The notes under the pieces were generated by a model. That model worked only from the letters and a program-made list of their open reading frames with translations, made no database searches and was not told the DNA's origin. Of a stretch of 64,000 nt of DNA, positions 38,146 through 51,472 are shown piece by piece. The position numbers and the translations under genes are program-made. Position 1 is the stretch's first letter. Each line of letters opens with the position of its first letter. Source of the stretch: Octopus sinensis (lineage: Eukaryota); NCBI RefSeq assembly GCF_006345805.1, contig NC_043018.1:23250001-23314000 (forward strand), written 5' to 3'.

Positions 38146-38841
38146 TTTTCATTCCAGCACACAATCTCAGATCAAGTCACTCGCTATGCGAGTACATCTC
38201 CGTAATATGATCAACAACCCAGAAAAATTCAGTAAAGTTCTTGTCTCCCTCCACTTATTAGGACAGGAGTTGTAGTTGAACTTAATATAAAAGTTCTCAC
38301 CTAAAATTGTATTAGAAGGTATTGAGCCGGTCTCTGTCCTGGTGTCAAAAGGGTTAGTGTTCATATTTGAATTAAAGGCACATAATCTTGACCTCACATC
38401 TCTCTCTCCCTCTCTCCCCCTCTCTCCCGAAAGGATGAAAGGCAAAGTTGACCTTGGCGGAATTTGAACTCAGAATGTAAAGATGGACAAAATGCTGCAA
38501 GGCATTTCGCTCAGCATCCGTTTGGGGTTGATAAATTCTTTTTTTCTATGTGTGTGCATGTAGTATTCATTTACTCATTGTCTGCCCTCCAAACCTATTA
38601 TGTGCACTAATCCTGTACCTCTTAGGTTAACTCTCTATCTATTTTACTCTTTCTCTCTTCCCTTCTCTCTGCATGATATACAGCAAGATTGGAGAAACCT
38701 ACCAACCAACTGTCCAAGGAACATTTACATTTGAATATTAATTATATCGAAATGTTATTAAATATGTTAACACTAGCCGTAGTTAAAAGTAAATCTATAA
38801 ATATTGATTTAACTAAACCCTAAACTTCTTCTCTGTTTTAG

Positions 38842-38959
38842 ATCCTAGCAAGAATGTGTCTGAAGTTTGGGTATCACGTCAAAAGCTGGAGGATCTTTAC
38901 AAGAAGCTGCTGATAATGGATTTAGAATATGCTTTGGACAAGAAAGTGGAACAAGACCT
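38842..38959 (+). CDS. SMG7: SMG7 exon (118 nt), DPSKNVSEVWVSRQKLEDLYKKLLIMDLEYALDKKVEQD(L)
   Basis: ctgttttag acceptor, gtaagt donor; DLEYALDKKVEQDL matches the SMG7 signature as I recall it. Confidence 0.97.
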
Positions 38960-39085
38960 GTAAGTAACGTCTTTGGACACTTCTTTTACCCCTGTCTTAT
39001 TGTCTGCATTCTGCTTAAACATCTCCTTTCTGGGGACTTTTCTGTGCATTTCGTATTGGAGGTGTGTGTGTTATATATGTATATA

Positions 39086-39256
39086 GGCGCAGGAGTGGCT
39101 GTGTGGTAAGTAGCTTGCTTACCAACCACATGGTTCTGGATTCAGTCCCACTGCGTGGCACCTTGGGCAAGTGTCTTCTACTAAAGCCTTGGGTCGACCA
39201 AAGCCTTTTGAGTGGATTTGGTAGACAGAAACTGAAAGGAGCCTGTCATATATATG

Positions 39257-39301
<45 letters not shown>

Positions 39302-39493
39302 CTGTGTTTGTCCCCTCAACATCACTTGACAACCAATGCTGCTGTGTTTACGTCTCCGTAGCTTAGCAGTTCAGCAAAAAAAGACCAATAGAATAAATAC
39401 TAGGTTTACAAAGAATAAGTTCTGGGGTTGATCTGCTCAACTAAAGGCGGTGCTCCAGCATGGCCGCAGTCAAATGACTGAGACAAATGAAAG
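39086..39493 (+). mobile_element. Family A SINE
   Basis: Starts 127 nt after the 38959 donor. Confidence 0.85.
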
Positions 39494-39760
39494 AAAATAT
39501 GTATATGTAACAACAGATAGATAATGTGTCAATCCACTGCAACTGTTTCCAACGAATTTTGAATTGATTAATGAGACATTACATCATCATCATCATCATC
39601 ATCGTTTAACGTCCGCTTTCCATGCTAGCATGGGTTGGACGGTTCAACTGGGGTCTGGGGAGCCCGAAAGCTGCACCAGGCCAGTCAGATCTGGCAGTGT
39701 TTCTACAGCTGGATGCCCTTCCTAATGCCAACCACTCCGAGAGTGTAGTGGGTGATTTTA

Positions 39761-40030
39761 TGTGCCACCGACACAGGTGCCAGATGAGGCTGGCGAACGG
39801 CCACGCTCGGATGGTGTTTTTTATGTGCCACCGACACAGGTGCCAGACGAGGCTGGCAGACGGCCACGCTTGGATGGTGTTTTTTGTGTGCCACCGACAC
39901 AGGTGCCAGACGAGGCTGGCAGACGGCCACGCTCGGATGGTGTTTTTTATGTGCCACCGACACAGGTGCCAGACGAGGCTGGCAGACGGCCACGCTTGGA
40001 TGGTGTTTTTTGTGTGCCACCGACACAGGT
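39761..40030. repeat. 63-bp minisatellite (about 4.3 units) inside an RTE-tail element (about 39583-40050, minus)
   Basis: Unit starts at 39761, 39824, 39887, 39950 and 40013. Confidence 0.95.
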
Positions 40031-40275
40031 GCCAGACGAGGCTGGCGAACTAGAAAAAAACATTTTCACCAGAGGAATATCTGAACCACAATATTTGGCT
40101 ATTGATATACTCAGTCGGGTACAGTTAACTGTGTACATAACTTGAATATTTTTTCTACCTGTACTTTGGTACTCACATACGCATTCCTCTATTTTTGTTG
40201 TGTACACATTTTACTTTTTGACCCGACCTGGTGCCTTACCATTTAAGTGCCTGGTTCACTTGAATTCTGATCTAT

Positions 40276-40309
<34 letters not shown>

Positions 40310-40545
40310 CCATGCCAGCATGGAAAAAAAAGGACATTAAATGATGTTGATGATCGACTTAATCCATTTGGCTGTCCTTGTTTGTCCTCTCTCTGTGTAA
40401 CCTCTTGTGGACAGTAAAGAGATAAGTAAACTGTAGTTAGTGTGTGTGTGTGGTGGGTACAGACACTAAAATATGAAGAAATCATCATCATCATTTTAAT
40501 GTCCTCTTTTACACACACACACACACACATATGTATACACACATC

Positions 40546-42960
40546 ATCATTTAACGTCTGTTTTCCATGCTGGCATGGGTTAGACAGTTTGACAGGAGCT
40601 GGTAAGGCCAGGGGCTGCACCAGGCTCCAGTTCTCTGGCATTGTTTCTATGGCTGGATGCTCTTCCTAGTGCCAACCACCCACCAGAGTGTACTGGGTGC
40701 TTATTTACGTGGAACCAGCACCAGTACTTATTATGTTGCAGTTGCACCTGTGTAAATTCTGCTGTGGTAGATGGGTCTTCTTGAGGACAGCAAGGCACCA
40801 AATATATTGGTCCTTTGTCATCTCCTTCATAAGTTTCTGCATGTTGAGATCGGCCTTCAGTACTTCAACTTCATCCCATGTCTTCCTCGGTCTCCCTCTT
40901 CCACTAGATCCATCCATTTTATGGGATTAGCACTTCTGTATGAAACTGTTGACATCTATACGCATCACATGACCGAACCAGCACACTCTCTTGCACACTG
41001 CATCTAGTTCCTTTTGTGCCCAACTTTTCTCTCAATACCCTAGTGCTCTGTTGCACATGTACAGGGTCAGGCAAAATGATCTGACACATTTGTAGGTTAA
41101 ATAAAAGGCAAATGAAGTAAAGAAACAAAAAAGTGTTTTTATTTTTGAAAAGTACATATAATGCCATTTTGTTTCATTATGTTTTAAAAATTAAATCAGT
41201 CAAATGGGATCCATTATTGTCCACACACTGTCGTTGCACATCCAGTGGAGCAGTCTAGCTTCATTCCTCTCTAGTCTTCACATGCCCTCTGCATTCACGG
41301 ACCACATCTCACTACAATGTAGCATTACTGTTCGTATACATGTATCTTACAACCTTCCTTTCACTCGGAGAGAGAGAGAGAGACCTTTGGTTGCCAACAG
41401 AGGTGAAAGCTCTCTGAATTTTTTACATCTTATTTAAGCAATTACACTTTCTGTACATCCTCCCCTACTGCTAATCAGGTTTCCTAGGTAGCAGAAATTA
41501 TCCACTACCTCTAAAGAGCCTCTGGTGCAGTTGAGGAAATCAATTTTCTGAGTATCTGTAGTTTTTATGGAATTCCTGCTCATACTTTTCCCACATATCA
41601 AGCAGGGCCATTTACCTGTTGGGAGAAGGGTCCTGTCCCTTCTCTTGCTTACTAGAACCTTAGTTTTTGCTAAGTTAATCCTAAGACCCATTGATTCCAG
41701 GTTTTGCTTCCACACCTGGAATGGCTTTTCTAGTTTTGTTACAGAATCTGCTATGAGAGCAAGATCGTCAGCATATAGCAGTTCTCAGGAGTAGCTGGTC
41801 TTGAATTCCTCTTCTATGGCCTGGGGGGATGATGATGAATAGGAGGGGACTGTGAACTGAACCCTAATGAATACCTACCTGTACACTAAATTCATCACTG
41901 TACTCATGCTTAATTCTCACCTTACTGACAGAACCTCTTTGCATGGCTTGTACAGCTTTCACAAGCCACATGTCTACCCCTAACCTCCACAGTGGTGTTT
42001 TCTGTCAAAGGCTTTCTCCAAGTCAACAAATACCAACTACAATGGTTTGTTCTTTGCCAAATACTTCTCTTGAAGTTGTCTGACTATAAAGCATCAATAG
42101 TGCTTCTCGCTGGCACAAAGCCAAGCAGCATTTCATCTAATCTGATTTTGTTACAAATTAATTGGGTTATAACTCTTTCTGTAACTTTCATGACCTGGTC
42201 CAGCTATTTAATACCTCTTTAATTACTTTGATCTAAAGCATCTTCCTTACCCTTATAGCAGCTGACTATAATACTGCTATACTGGTCATTTGGGGATGAC
42301 GCCTTCCTGAATAATCTGATTAACTATATGGGTAACCAGACCATATCCCACTCTGCCAGATATTCTAAGCATTTCAGTTGTGACACCCGATAGACTTGGG
42401 TCTTCATATCCTTAATTGCCTTATCTATCATACTGCCGTCAACACAAATAGCTGGTCCCTCTGTTGAGTTTACATAGGGGAGATTCTTTTTCCCATTCAT
42501 AGTAGCACTTCCATGCCTCTTTCTTTGCAGAGTCACTAGCACAGTGAGCATACCATTGTCCATCCATACACACTTCTCTCTGACACACTGTCTAACAATC
42601 CAGAGCACCTCAAGTCTGTAATCTTATTACTGTTAAAAATTGGCAAGCCTCTTTCTGCTTCTGCCCTTGCTAGATAAACCTGTTACATAGCTTCCCTTTT
42701 GGCTACCTGATATAGCACTTTTGCTGTTTCCATTTCTCTGATATTACCAAGCCTGTCTCTTCACTTGTATGGCCCTTTCTACCTCACTGTTCACCATCAG
42801 GTCACTCTCCATCTGACAGATTTTGCTCCATCCACAGATTTGGTTTACAGCCTTCAGAAGGTTGTCTTGTGAGAACTTCCAGTTGTCCTCTACATTATAC
42901 ATCACAGCCTCCTCTTATTTCTCATCAAATGCTTCAATCAGAATGTCTCTAAAACTTTTG
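40546..42960 (-). mobile_element. Degenerate RTE-clade LINE (ORF2 remnants plus 3' UTR)
   Basis: WKQNLESMGLRINLAKTKVL..GKWPC, LEVVDNFCYLG..GGC and GRGRPRKTWDE motifs with frameshifts; ends in the tgatgatg tail. Confidence 0.88.
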
Positions 42961-43107
42961 GGTGGTTGGGGTTAGGAAGGGCCTCCAGCTGTAAAAATCC
43001 TGCCAAAACAGTCACAGAAGTCTGGTGCAGGCTTTTGCTTGGCTGGCTCCTGTCAAACCATCCCACCTATGCCAGCATGGAAGGCAGCTGTTAAATGATG
43101 ATGATGA

Positions 43108-43144
<37 letters not shown>

Positions 43145-44396
43145 AATGAGGGGACAAACAAAAGAAAGAGGCAATCAAACACAGTGTACGTATGCACAGG
43201 TATGACTGTATGGATGAGTTTGCTTCTCAACCCTGTAGTCTAGGGTTCAGTTCCACTGCAGAATAAATACCTTAAGCAAGGTGATGGTGCCATGTAAAAA
43301 GCACCCAGTACACTCTGTTAAGCAGTTGGTGTTAGGAAGGGCATGCAGCTGTAGAAACCAGGCCAAAACAGACTATGGGACCTGGTGTGGCTCCTGGCCT
43401 TACCAGCTCCTGTCAAGCTGCCCAACTTGTGTCAGCATGGTAAAATGGATGTTAACCCTTTGGAAACAGAGCCTCATTTGGAATTTCAATGCCAAGAAGA
43501 CGGAGCCCTTTTCACAAGCCTTACAAAGGGCAGGCACTTATTTAAAAAAAAAATAATAAATAAATAAAAAATAAAGTAATTCACCGATATAAAACTTTAT
43601 ATATTCTTGTAGGAAATTGAATGAACTAGTACAAAAGTGCTGATTTATCGGCTGAAAATTTCTTCCATTCATCATAGACTTTTCAGCCGATTGATTAATC
43701 AGCCCTGTCATCTCCTAAGGGTTACATGATGATGATGATGATGATTATGATGATGTGCACACACATATATAATTACCTTGTTAGAGTCACTTTGCAGAAA
43801 AGAAACTCACATATTCCTTATATTTTCCGTCTTTGTATTATCATCATTCACTTGGTTTACTAATCAACTAATCGTTTGATCAATTAGTTGGTTCATAAGA
43901 GGCTTTTCATCACTGCCTTGAGACTTCCATCAGCTTCTCTTCTGCTAGAAACAGTCAATTGGCAGATAATAATAAAAAGAAATAAAATATATCCAGTGTT
44001 TGTGTGTGTGTGTGTGTGTGTTTGTTGGCTTCTAACATCTGTTTCAATGCTTGGTTTCATATCAAGAATCTTGAAAAATGAATACATTAATATGAATGTT
44101 GTGTGTGTGTGTGTGTGTGTGTGTTGTTGTTGTTGGTGGTGGTGGTGGTTAAGAAACATAGTTTCAGGTTCAATCCCGCTGTATGGCACCTTCAACATAT
44201 CTTCTACTATAGCCCTAACCTGACCAATGCCTTAAGAGCAAATTTGGTTTATGGAAACTATATGGAAGCTTGCCATATATGTGTGTCTATCTGTCTCTGT
44301 GTGTATCCCCCACCAATTACTTGACAACCAGTGCTGGTTTGTGCACACCCTCTTAACTTAGCAGTTTGGCAAAAGAGAGATCAATAGAATAGTTAC

Positions 44397-44792
44397 TCTT
44401 TACTCTTTTACTTGTTTCAGTCATTTGACTGCGGCCATGCTGGAGCACCGCCTTTAATTGAGCAACTCAACCCCGGAACTTATTCTTTGTAAGCCCAGTA
44501 CTTATTCTATCGGTCTCTTTTTGCCGAACCGCTAAGTGACGGGGACATAAACACACCAGCATTGGTTGTCAAGCAATGCTAGGGGGACAAACATACACAC
44601 AAACACACACACACATATATATATATATATACATATATACGACGGGCTTCTTTCAGTTTCCGTCTGCCAAATCCACTCACAAGGCTTTGGTCGGCCCGAG
44701 GCTATAGTAGAAGACACTTGCCCAAGGTGCCACGCAGTGGGACTGAACCCGGAACCATGTGGTTGGTAAGCAAGCTACTTACCACACAGCCA
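44397..44792 (-). mobile_element. Family A SINE, tail-to-tail with an older plus copy (about 44150-44400)
   Basis: Full body; lies about 325 nt upstream of the 45118 exon. Confidence 0.85.
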
Positions 44793-45117
44793 CACCAGGC
44801 TTTAAAAACAACAAAAAAAAGTACTGGGACTAATTTGGTTCCTAAACCCTTCAAAGTGGTGCACCAGCATGGCCACATTCTTATGAGTGAAGCACAAAAG
44901 AACACACACACATACATAGGAACAAAATGCATTTGACATTTGAATGCATAACGGTAAGGAAACAGCTCGGAGTTGGCTTCCGTATTCACCACATGTGTCA
45001 GCATTTTGTTCCTTTACTTTCTCTCCTATCTCTCCACTCTCACCTCTCTCTTCTCTGTCATTGTTTTATTTATCCACCCCAATATGCTAATTGTTGCTGT
45101 TGTTGTTTTCTCTCCAG

Positions 45118-45178
45118 GTGGAACCATGCTTTCAAAAATCAAATTAACACCCTTCAAACTCAAGCTAAGGACAATCAG
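45118..45178 (+). CDS. SMG7: SMG7 exon (61 nt), WNHAFKNQINTLQTQAKDNQ
   Basis: tctctccag acceptor, gtgagg donor; contains the Lys equivalent to human K66 of the phospho-UPF1 binding pocket. Confidence 0.97.
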
Positions 45179-45345
45179 GTGAGGGTATGGACGCATCTTT
45201 TATATATATTTTTTATTTTTTTACATCCTATTGTGTTCTTTTTTTTAAAGAAATACTTTTACCTATGGCCTTTGAGATCAGTGACGAAAAGTTACTGGAA
45301 AAATGATATAAGTATTTGCATTGGGACCCCTTTCATCGAAAACCG

Positions 45346-45404
45346 GTGATTGTCGTACGCTGATGACAGGTCAATACCTAGAAACTGCAGTCCGTGCGTA
45401 TCAC
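45346..45404 (+). ncRNA. Type I hammerhead ribozyme motif, intact core, intronic and sense to SMG7
   Basis: Stem I CGTACG/CGTGCG plus distal GTGAT/ATCAC; core CTGATGA (45360-45366); stem II AGGT-CAAT-ACCT; GAAA (45381-45384); stem III AC-T..A-GT around palindromic CTGCAG; GTC cleavage triplet ending at 45392. Confidence 0.8.
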
Positions 45405-48400
45405 TTAGGTTGACGAAGGAAGGATGACCTCCCTTTGGAAATACCTTAAGGGCACAGAAAGTGCGCCTAAAGCCAGCTGGATGAGATGTTCTCCTGGGGC
45501 TACAAGCTACAGTAACACCCACCCTTAGTGGTTAGCCATATTGAGATGGCAAATATACCCTCCTTTTTTTTCTATTTATTAAAGAGATACAAAAAAAGAT
45601 GCTTTTTTTTGGTGTACTCTTAGAAGAGTGGGAGTGGGGACAATTTCGTCTTGCTTGTGGTGGTGGTGGTGGTGGTGGTGGGTAGAATCAGAGGAGGTAG
45701 GGCCCTGTAAAAGGTGTTAACTGTAAGGTGTATAGGTAGTTGAAACAGAGGGGAGAGGACCATGTGAAGAGGTTGCAGAATCAGTGGAATGGTCAGAAGG
45801 TTCTGTAAAGGGTGGTGGCTTTCAGAACGAGTGGAGTGGAGGACAAAATTCCTTCTGGTGTTCATGTCTTGCATTCACCCTCTAAGTAAAGATCCCCTTC
45901 AGAATAGACTTTGATATCTCATTCTTCTTGAATCTATAGAATAAATTTACCCACCATATTCTGGGTCCAGTTTAATCAACTATTTATCCCCATTAGCTCT
46001 AATTTCAGTTAAAAAATATATTTATTAGCAACAGAGGCAATAATAATACCAAGAGGTAATATTTATCCCCACTCAAACATGGTTGTTATGTTAGAACAAA
46101 CTATACTGCATGAGATAGCCTGAGAGAAACTCTCACATTGACTTCTTGGTCATATGGACCCGGGCGCTGGTGTCACAATTAGTTAGTTATCTTGTTAAAA
46201 ATATATATATATATATTAGTGACGGGGGCAGTAATAATACCAAAAGCTAATATTTATCGCCACTTGAAAGTTGATGTTCTGTTAGAACAAACTATACTGC
46301 GGTAGATACCATGAGAGAGACACTCATATTGGCTTTTGGTGTAAAATGCACTTTTGTTTATATTGCTGGTGGGGAGATAAATCCCTGCTACCTCCAGCAC
46401 CAAGACCACCAGATCACTTGATTTCAACCTTGTTTGGTCTTGTCAATGACGGCCACTCAACTTCTAGAGGCAGCAGTGATTCTTTTCCCTGCCAGTATTA
46501 TATAGATTGACAGTGCCAGAATAGGCGGTTCTCAACCATTTTTTACCTAAGGACCCCTTTGATTAGTATTTTATCTTGGTGGACCCCCATAGCCATTTGA
46601 TGCTTAAAGATTAGTTTTATAGAAACTTATTTCAAAATTCCTATTTTGTTTTTCACACGTTAACTTGTCGCAGGTTGAACTGTGTAAAATGAGAAAGAAA
46701 CCACGCTGTTTCTTGCTTCAAATACACCCACAGTAACATTTTTTTTCACGAACTCTTAAAATAGTACTGTGGATCTCCAACTTACTATTTTGCTTGCGCA
46801 GACCCCAAAAGTCTCACATGGACTCCCAGGAGTCGTATGAATCCCAGGAGTCATATGAATCCCAGTTGAGAACCACTGACCTAACATAAAGCCACCCCTC
46901 TCAAAGTACACCCCACCTCAACACTCCCCACACGCCACACACACTTGTGAAGGCTTGTCATGCAAGTTACCAGTTCACCTCACTGGTGCCAGCGCTATGC
47001 AAAACATTCCCACTTCGCTCTGTAAAGTGGTTCTCAGCAACAATTCGAGACAAAAGTATTTTATGAGATGATTCAGTGGTTATAGTGTCGGGCTCACAAT
47101 CAATGAAATAGTGAGTTCAATCCTCAAACCGGACTGTGTGTTGTGTTCTTGAGCAAGACCCTTTATTTCTCGTTGCTCCAGTTCACTCAGCTGTTGAAAT
47201 AAGCTGCGATGTCACTGGTGCCAAGCTGTATCAGCCTTTGCCTTCCCCTTGGTGTATAGAGGGGAGGCTGGTATGCATGGGTGACTGCTGGTCACCCATA
47301 AACAACTTTGCCTGGACTTGGGCCTCAGAGAGGAAACTTCTAGGTGCAATCCCATGGTCATTCATGACCAAAGTGGGTCCTATTCCTTGACACATTTTTT
47401 CCAGCTGGAATAACTATGTATCCTGCTTTACAACGAAATACCTGTTACTGTCCCCCCCACCATTGTACTTTGACCATCCCATCACTTAGAATAACACCTC
47501 CTCCCTCACTACCCCGCTCCCCAGATGAGGTTGTTTTGTCTTGCAAGTTACTTGGTGACCTGACTGGTGCCAGTGCTATGTAAAAAATGACCCAGTCTAT
47601 TCTGTAAGGTGGTCAGTGTTAGGTAAGAATGCCAGACATAGAAGCCATGCCAAAAGCAGACATGGAGTTTGGTGCAATGTTCGGGCATGCCAGTTCCTGT
47701 TGAACCATTTCACCCATTCCAGTACAGAAAACACGTGTTAAAGAAACAAATTCAAAATAGATAGAATTGTAGGTTCTCTGTTGTGTTGTTTAACCCCTTC
47801 GTTACCAACCCGGCTGAAACCGGCTCTGGCTCTGAGTACAAATGTCTTGTTTTCATAAGTTTTGAATTAAAATCTTCCACGAAACCTTAGTCACAATTTA
47901 TGTTCCTAACACTAGCTGAATGATAACTAAGTTATTTTACTAAATTCTTTGATATATTTAAAGTAATTGAAAGAAACACAGAGCATCTCAAAAGAAATAT
48001 GGCAACCAAAGGGTTAACAAATGCTTAATTTACCCCTTTCAATACAAAACCAGCTGAAACCACCTCTGGTTCTGTAGTACTAATGTTTTGTTTTGAAACA
48101 CAGAGCATCTCAAAATATATACAGTAACGAAAGGGTTAATAAATAACACAATTGATTGGCAAGAAATAACAATAGGGTTTCAAGTTCTCTCAGTGGGTCT
48201 GTCATTGCTTTTTATTTCTGTCTCAAAACCAGTGTTTCTAATACCTTAGAGCAACTTCCCAGTAAACACAGTGTAGGTTGTGTAAACACAAATAAAGCCA
48301 AATGGCTTCTAATTCAGCAGCAGAGCTTTTGTTCTTGTTCAACTCCTCAGCTCAGTCATGATGGTCTTTTCAGAATTGAGCATTGTGTATCTAGGAATAC

Positions 48401-50105
48401 ATTAACCCTTTTGTTACCATATTTCTGTTGAAGTATCCTGTCTTTGTCTCAATTCATCATCATCATCATCATCATCGTTTAACGTCCGTTCTCCATGCTA
48501 GCATGGGTTGGACGGTTCAACTGGGTTCTGGGAAGCCAGAAGGCTGCACCAGGCCCAGTCTGATCTGGCAGTGTTTCTACGGCTGGATGCCCTTCCTAAC
48601 GCCAACCACTCCATGAGTGTAGTGAGTGCTTTTTTTTGTCTGAATTAATTTTGTCTCAATTAATTTTGAAAATAATGAGGAATACAAATTAACATGGAAT
48701 TTTAACAGATTTTAATTTAGATCAACTTTAACACACAGAATTTGTATCATAAGACTGAAGGTGGTTTCAGGTGGGTTTGTATTAAAAGGGTTAACCAAAG
48801 TCTCCTTTTTTTTTTTTTTTTTTTCATGGTAGTCAGGTTGAAACCTTTAGCACTCAGATTATTCTGTCAAATGCAATGCTTATTTATTCACATTGTTTAG
48901 AATTCATCATGCATTATCTAATTGCGTTTCAGACTTCAGTGATGAGATTTATATTTAGAATGGCATTGTAGGGTAGGTGCAATAAGCTGGATCTGGATGG
49001 TTTAAATGCTAAAAGGTTAATTTGATGGCAGTTTGGCTGCCATTTTTAATACATTGAGCAACCACAAAGAGCAAAGATAGGGAACCCCTTGCTTGCAGAT
49101 GAAATTTTTCTAGCATCAACATTTTCACCCTTCCACTAACAAAATCTCTAAGTGTTTGAGTTACATGAGAAGGCTTTAGGGTAACCATTTATTTGGGTTC
49201 AGTCCCACTGCATAGCACCTTGGGCAAACATCTATTGTAGCCCTGGTCTGACCAAAGTCTTGTGAGCAGATTTGGTGGATGGAAACTGAAAGAAGCCCAT
49301 CGAATATATGTGTGTGTATATGTATATAAGTGTATGCATATGTGTATGAGTGTGTGTGTGTATGTATGTATATATACTTTTTTTAATTAAAGCTGTAAAA
49401 ACATGATGTTTTTGTAGGTTTAATAAAAAAGCCTATTACTCTACCTTTGGTAATTGAGTACTATATTTTACCACTTTGTTTTGCATTCATATACTTACTT
49501 GTATGTGTGTGAGAGTCACTGTCTTCTTGTCTTCACATCACATGATGGTTAGAAGCAAGTTCATGCAAATGGTGTCCAAGGGGAAATATTTCCTTATTTG
49601 GAAACGGGTGAGGGTCAGTAACTGAAACGGCATACAGCCCTGAAAATTCTACCTCCACAAATTCCATCTGACCTGTGCAAGCTTTGGAAAAGTGGATGTT
49701 ACGAAACGAAAACAATGACACCCAGTGAATTGCGAGAATGAAAACAATGACTCGCATTGTCATTCTTATTGTTAGTGCCTGGTAAGAAGTTTGCTTCCCA
49801 ATCACATGGTTATGAGTTCAGTCCCATTGTGTGGCACCTTGGGCAAGTGTCTTCTGCTATACCCTTGGGCCAACCAGTGAGGCCACAGCCTAATGGCTGA
49901 AATGTGTAAAAGATAAAAGGAAAGATGATCCGGCAGATTTGAACATGATTATATTAATCACTGTTGTATCTCATCATTGGAGAATAACTTCTCTTGTACG
50001 ACGAATGTTTTTAATTTCCTTCTGTGACTCCAGTTCGTGCCGATGTTATAAAATCAGTGATAATTTTGAGTATTGGCCATTTTTTTTATTCTCTTTTGTT
50101 CCCAG

Positions 50106-50177
50106 AATCCAAAAAGACTCGAAGTGCAAGCCAGCCTCAATCTGTTCCTTGAAACAGCAAGTGGGTTCTACCTTCAG
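50106..50177 (+). CDS. SMG7: SMG7 exon (72 nt), NPKRLEVQASLNLFLETASGFYLQ
   Basis: ttgttcccag acceptor, gttagt donor; phase 0-0; resembles human NPNRSEVQANLSLFLEAASGFYTQ. Confidence 0.96.
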
Positions 50178-50299
50178 GTTAGTACAATATTAATTGTCTG
50201 TTTTGACAGTAACGCACACCCTGTGAAACACCACAACACTCTTATGATATATATTCAATGGCTCTCCACGATTCACTGTGACCCTTCACAATGTTTTGT

Positions 50300-50950
50300 A
50301 GCACTCCATAACAGAGCATAACAACCCATAACACCCAACAACAATCCACGCCACCCCACAACACTCCATAACACATCTCAGTGCTCCATAACCTGCCACA
50401 TTGCTCTGTAGCAAATCCCCAATTCTCCATAATGCCTTACAACCTTCCATCACACTCCACAACACATCACAACATTCCGCAACACGCCACAACACCCTGC
50501 AGCACCCTGCAGCACACCGAAGCACCCTGCGACACACCACAGCACCCTGCAACACACCACAGCACCCTGCGACATGCCACATCACCCTGTGACATGCCAC
50601 AACACTCCATGGTACTCCCCAACACCCCATAACATGTCTCAATGCTCCATGGAACATCACAACGCTATGATGTTGATGACACTGTGATTCACTGTACAAC
50701 ATTTTGTAACACTCCACATGATAACACAACATGTTACAACACTCTGTGGCACTTAATGGCATTCCCTGATTCTCCATAACACTCCACAACATTTTTGTAT
50801 CCCTACGAAACACACTACAACACTATGAAATACAATGGCACTCCATAGTTCACCCTAACACCCTGCGGAATTTTGTAGCACTACATAATGCACAACAGCA
50901 CTGCAGGGCATTCAGTAGCACTCTGCAATTTACCATGACACTCCCGCAAT
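50300..50950. repeat. Degenerate CA-rich minisatellite (cacaacactcca / gcaccctgc units)
   Basis: Short quasi-periodic units; source of spurious ORFs. Confidence 0.8.
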
Positions 50951-51038
50951 GCTAGTTCTGCACAAGTGGATCCTTATGACATGGAATTAACAAACAAATA
51001 TTAACGAGCTATGAATTTGGAAAATTTTTAAAGCATTA

Positions 51039-51204
51039 GGCGCAGGAGTGGCGGTGTGGTAAGTAGCTTGCTAACCAACCATATTGTTCTGGGTTCAGTC
51101 CCACTGCGTGACACCTTGGGCAAGTGTCTTCTACTATAGCCTCGGGCCGACCAAAGCCTTGTAAGTGGGTTTGGTAGACGGAAAACTGAAAGAAGCCCAT
51201 CGTA

Positions 51205-51254
<50 letters not shown>

Positions 51255-51472
51255 TGTGTGTGTTTGTGTGTCTGTGTTTGTCCCCCTAACATTGCTTGAC
51301 AACCGATGCTGGTGTGTTTGGGTCTCCGTACCTTAGCGGTTCGGTAAAAGAGACCAATAGATTAAGTACTGGGTTTACAAAAGAATAAGTCCTGGGGTTG
51401 AGTTGCCTGATTAAAGGTGGTGCTCCAGCATGGCCGCAGCCAAATGACTGGAACAAGTAAAAGAGTAAGAGT
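51039..51472 (+). mobile_element. Family A SINE
   Basis: Full length. Confidence 0.85.

Noticed and set aside
39761-40030. CRISPR-like regular repeats (also 15963-16063)
   Set aside because: No unique spacers; contiguous tandem units in eukaryotic intronic DNA
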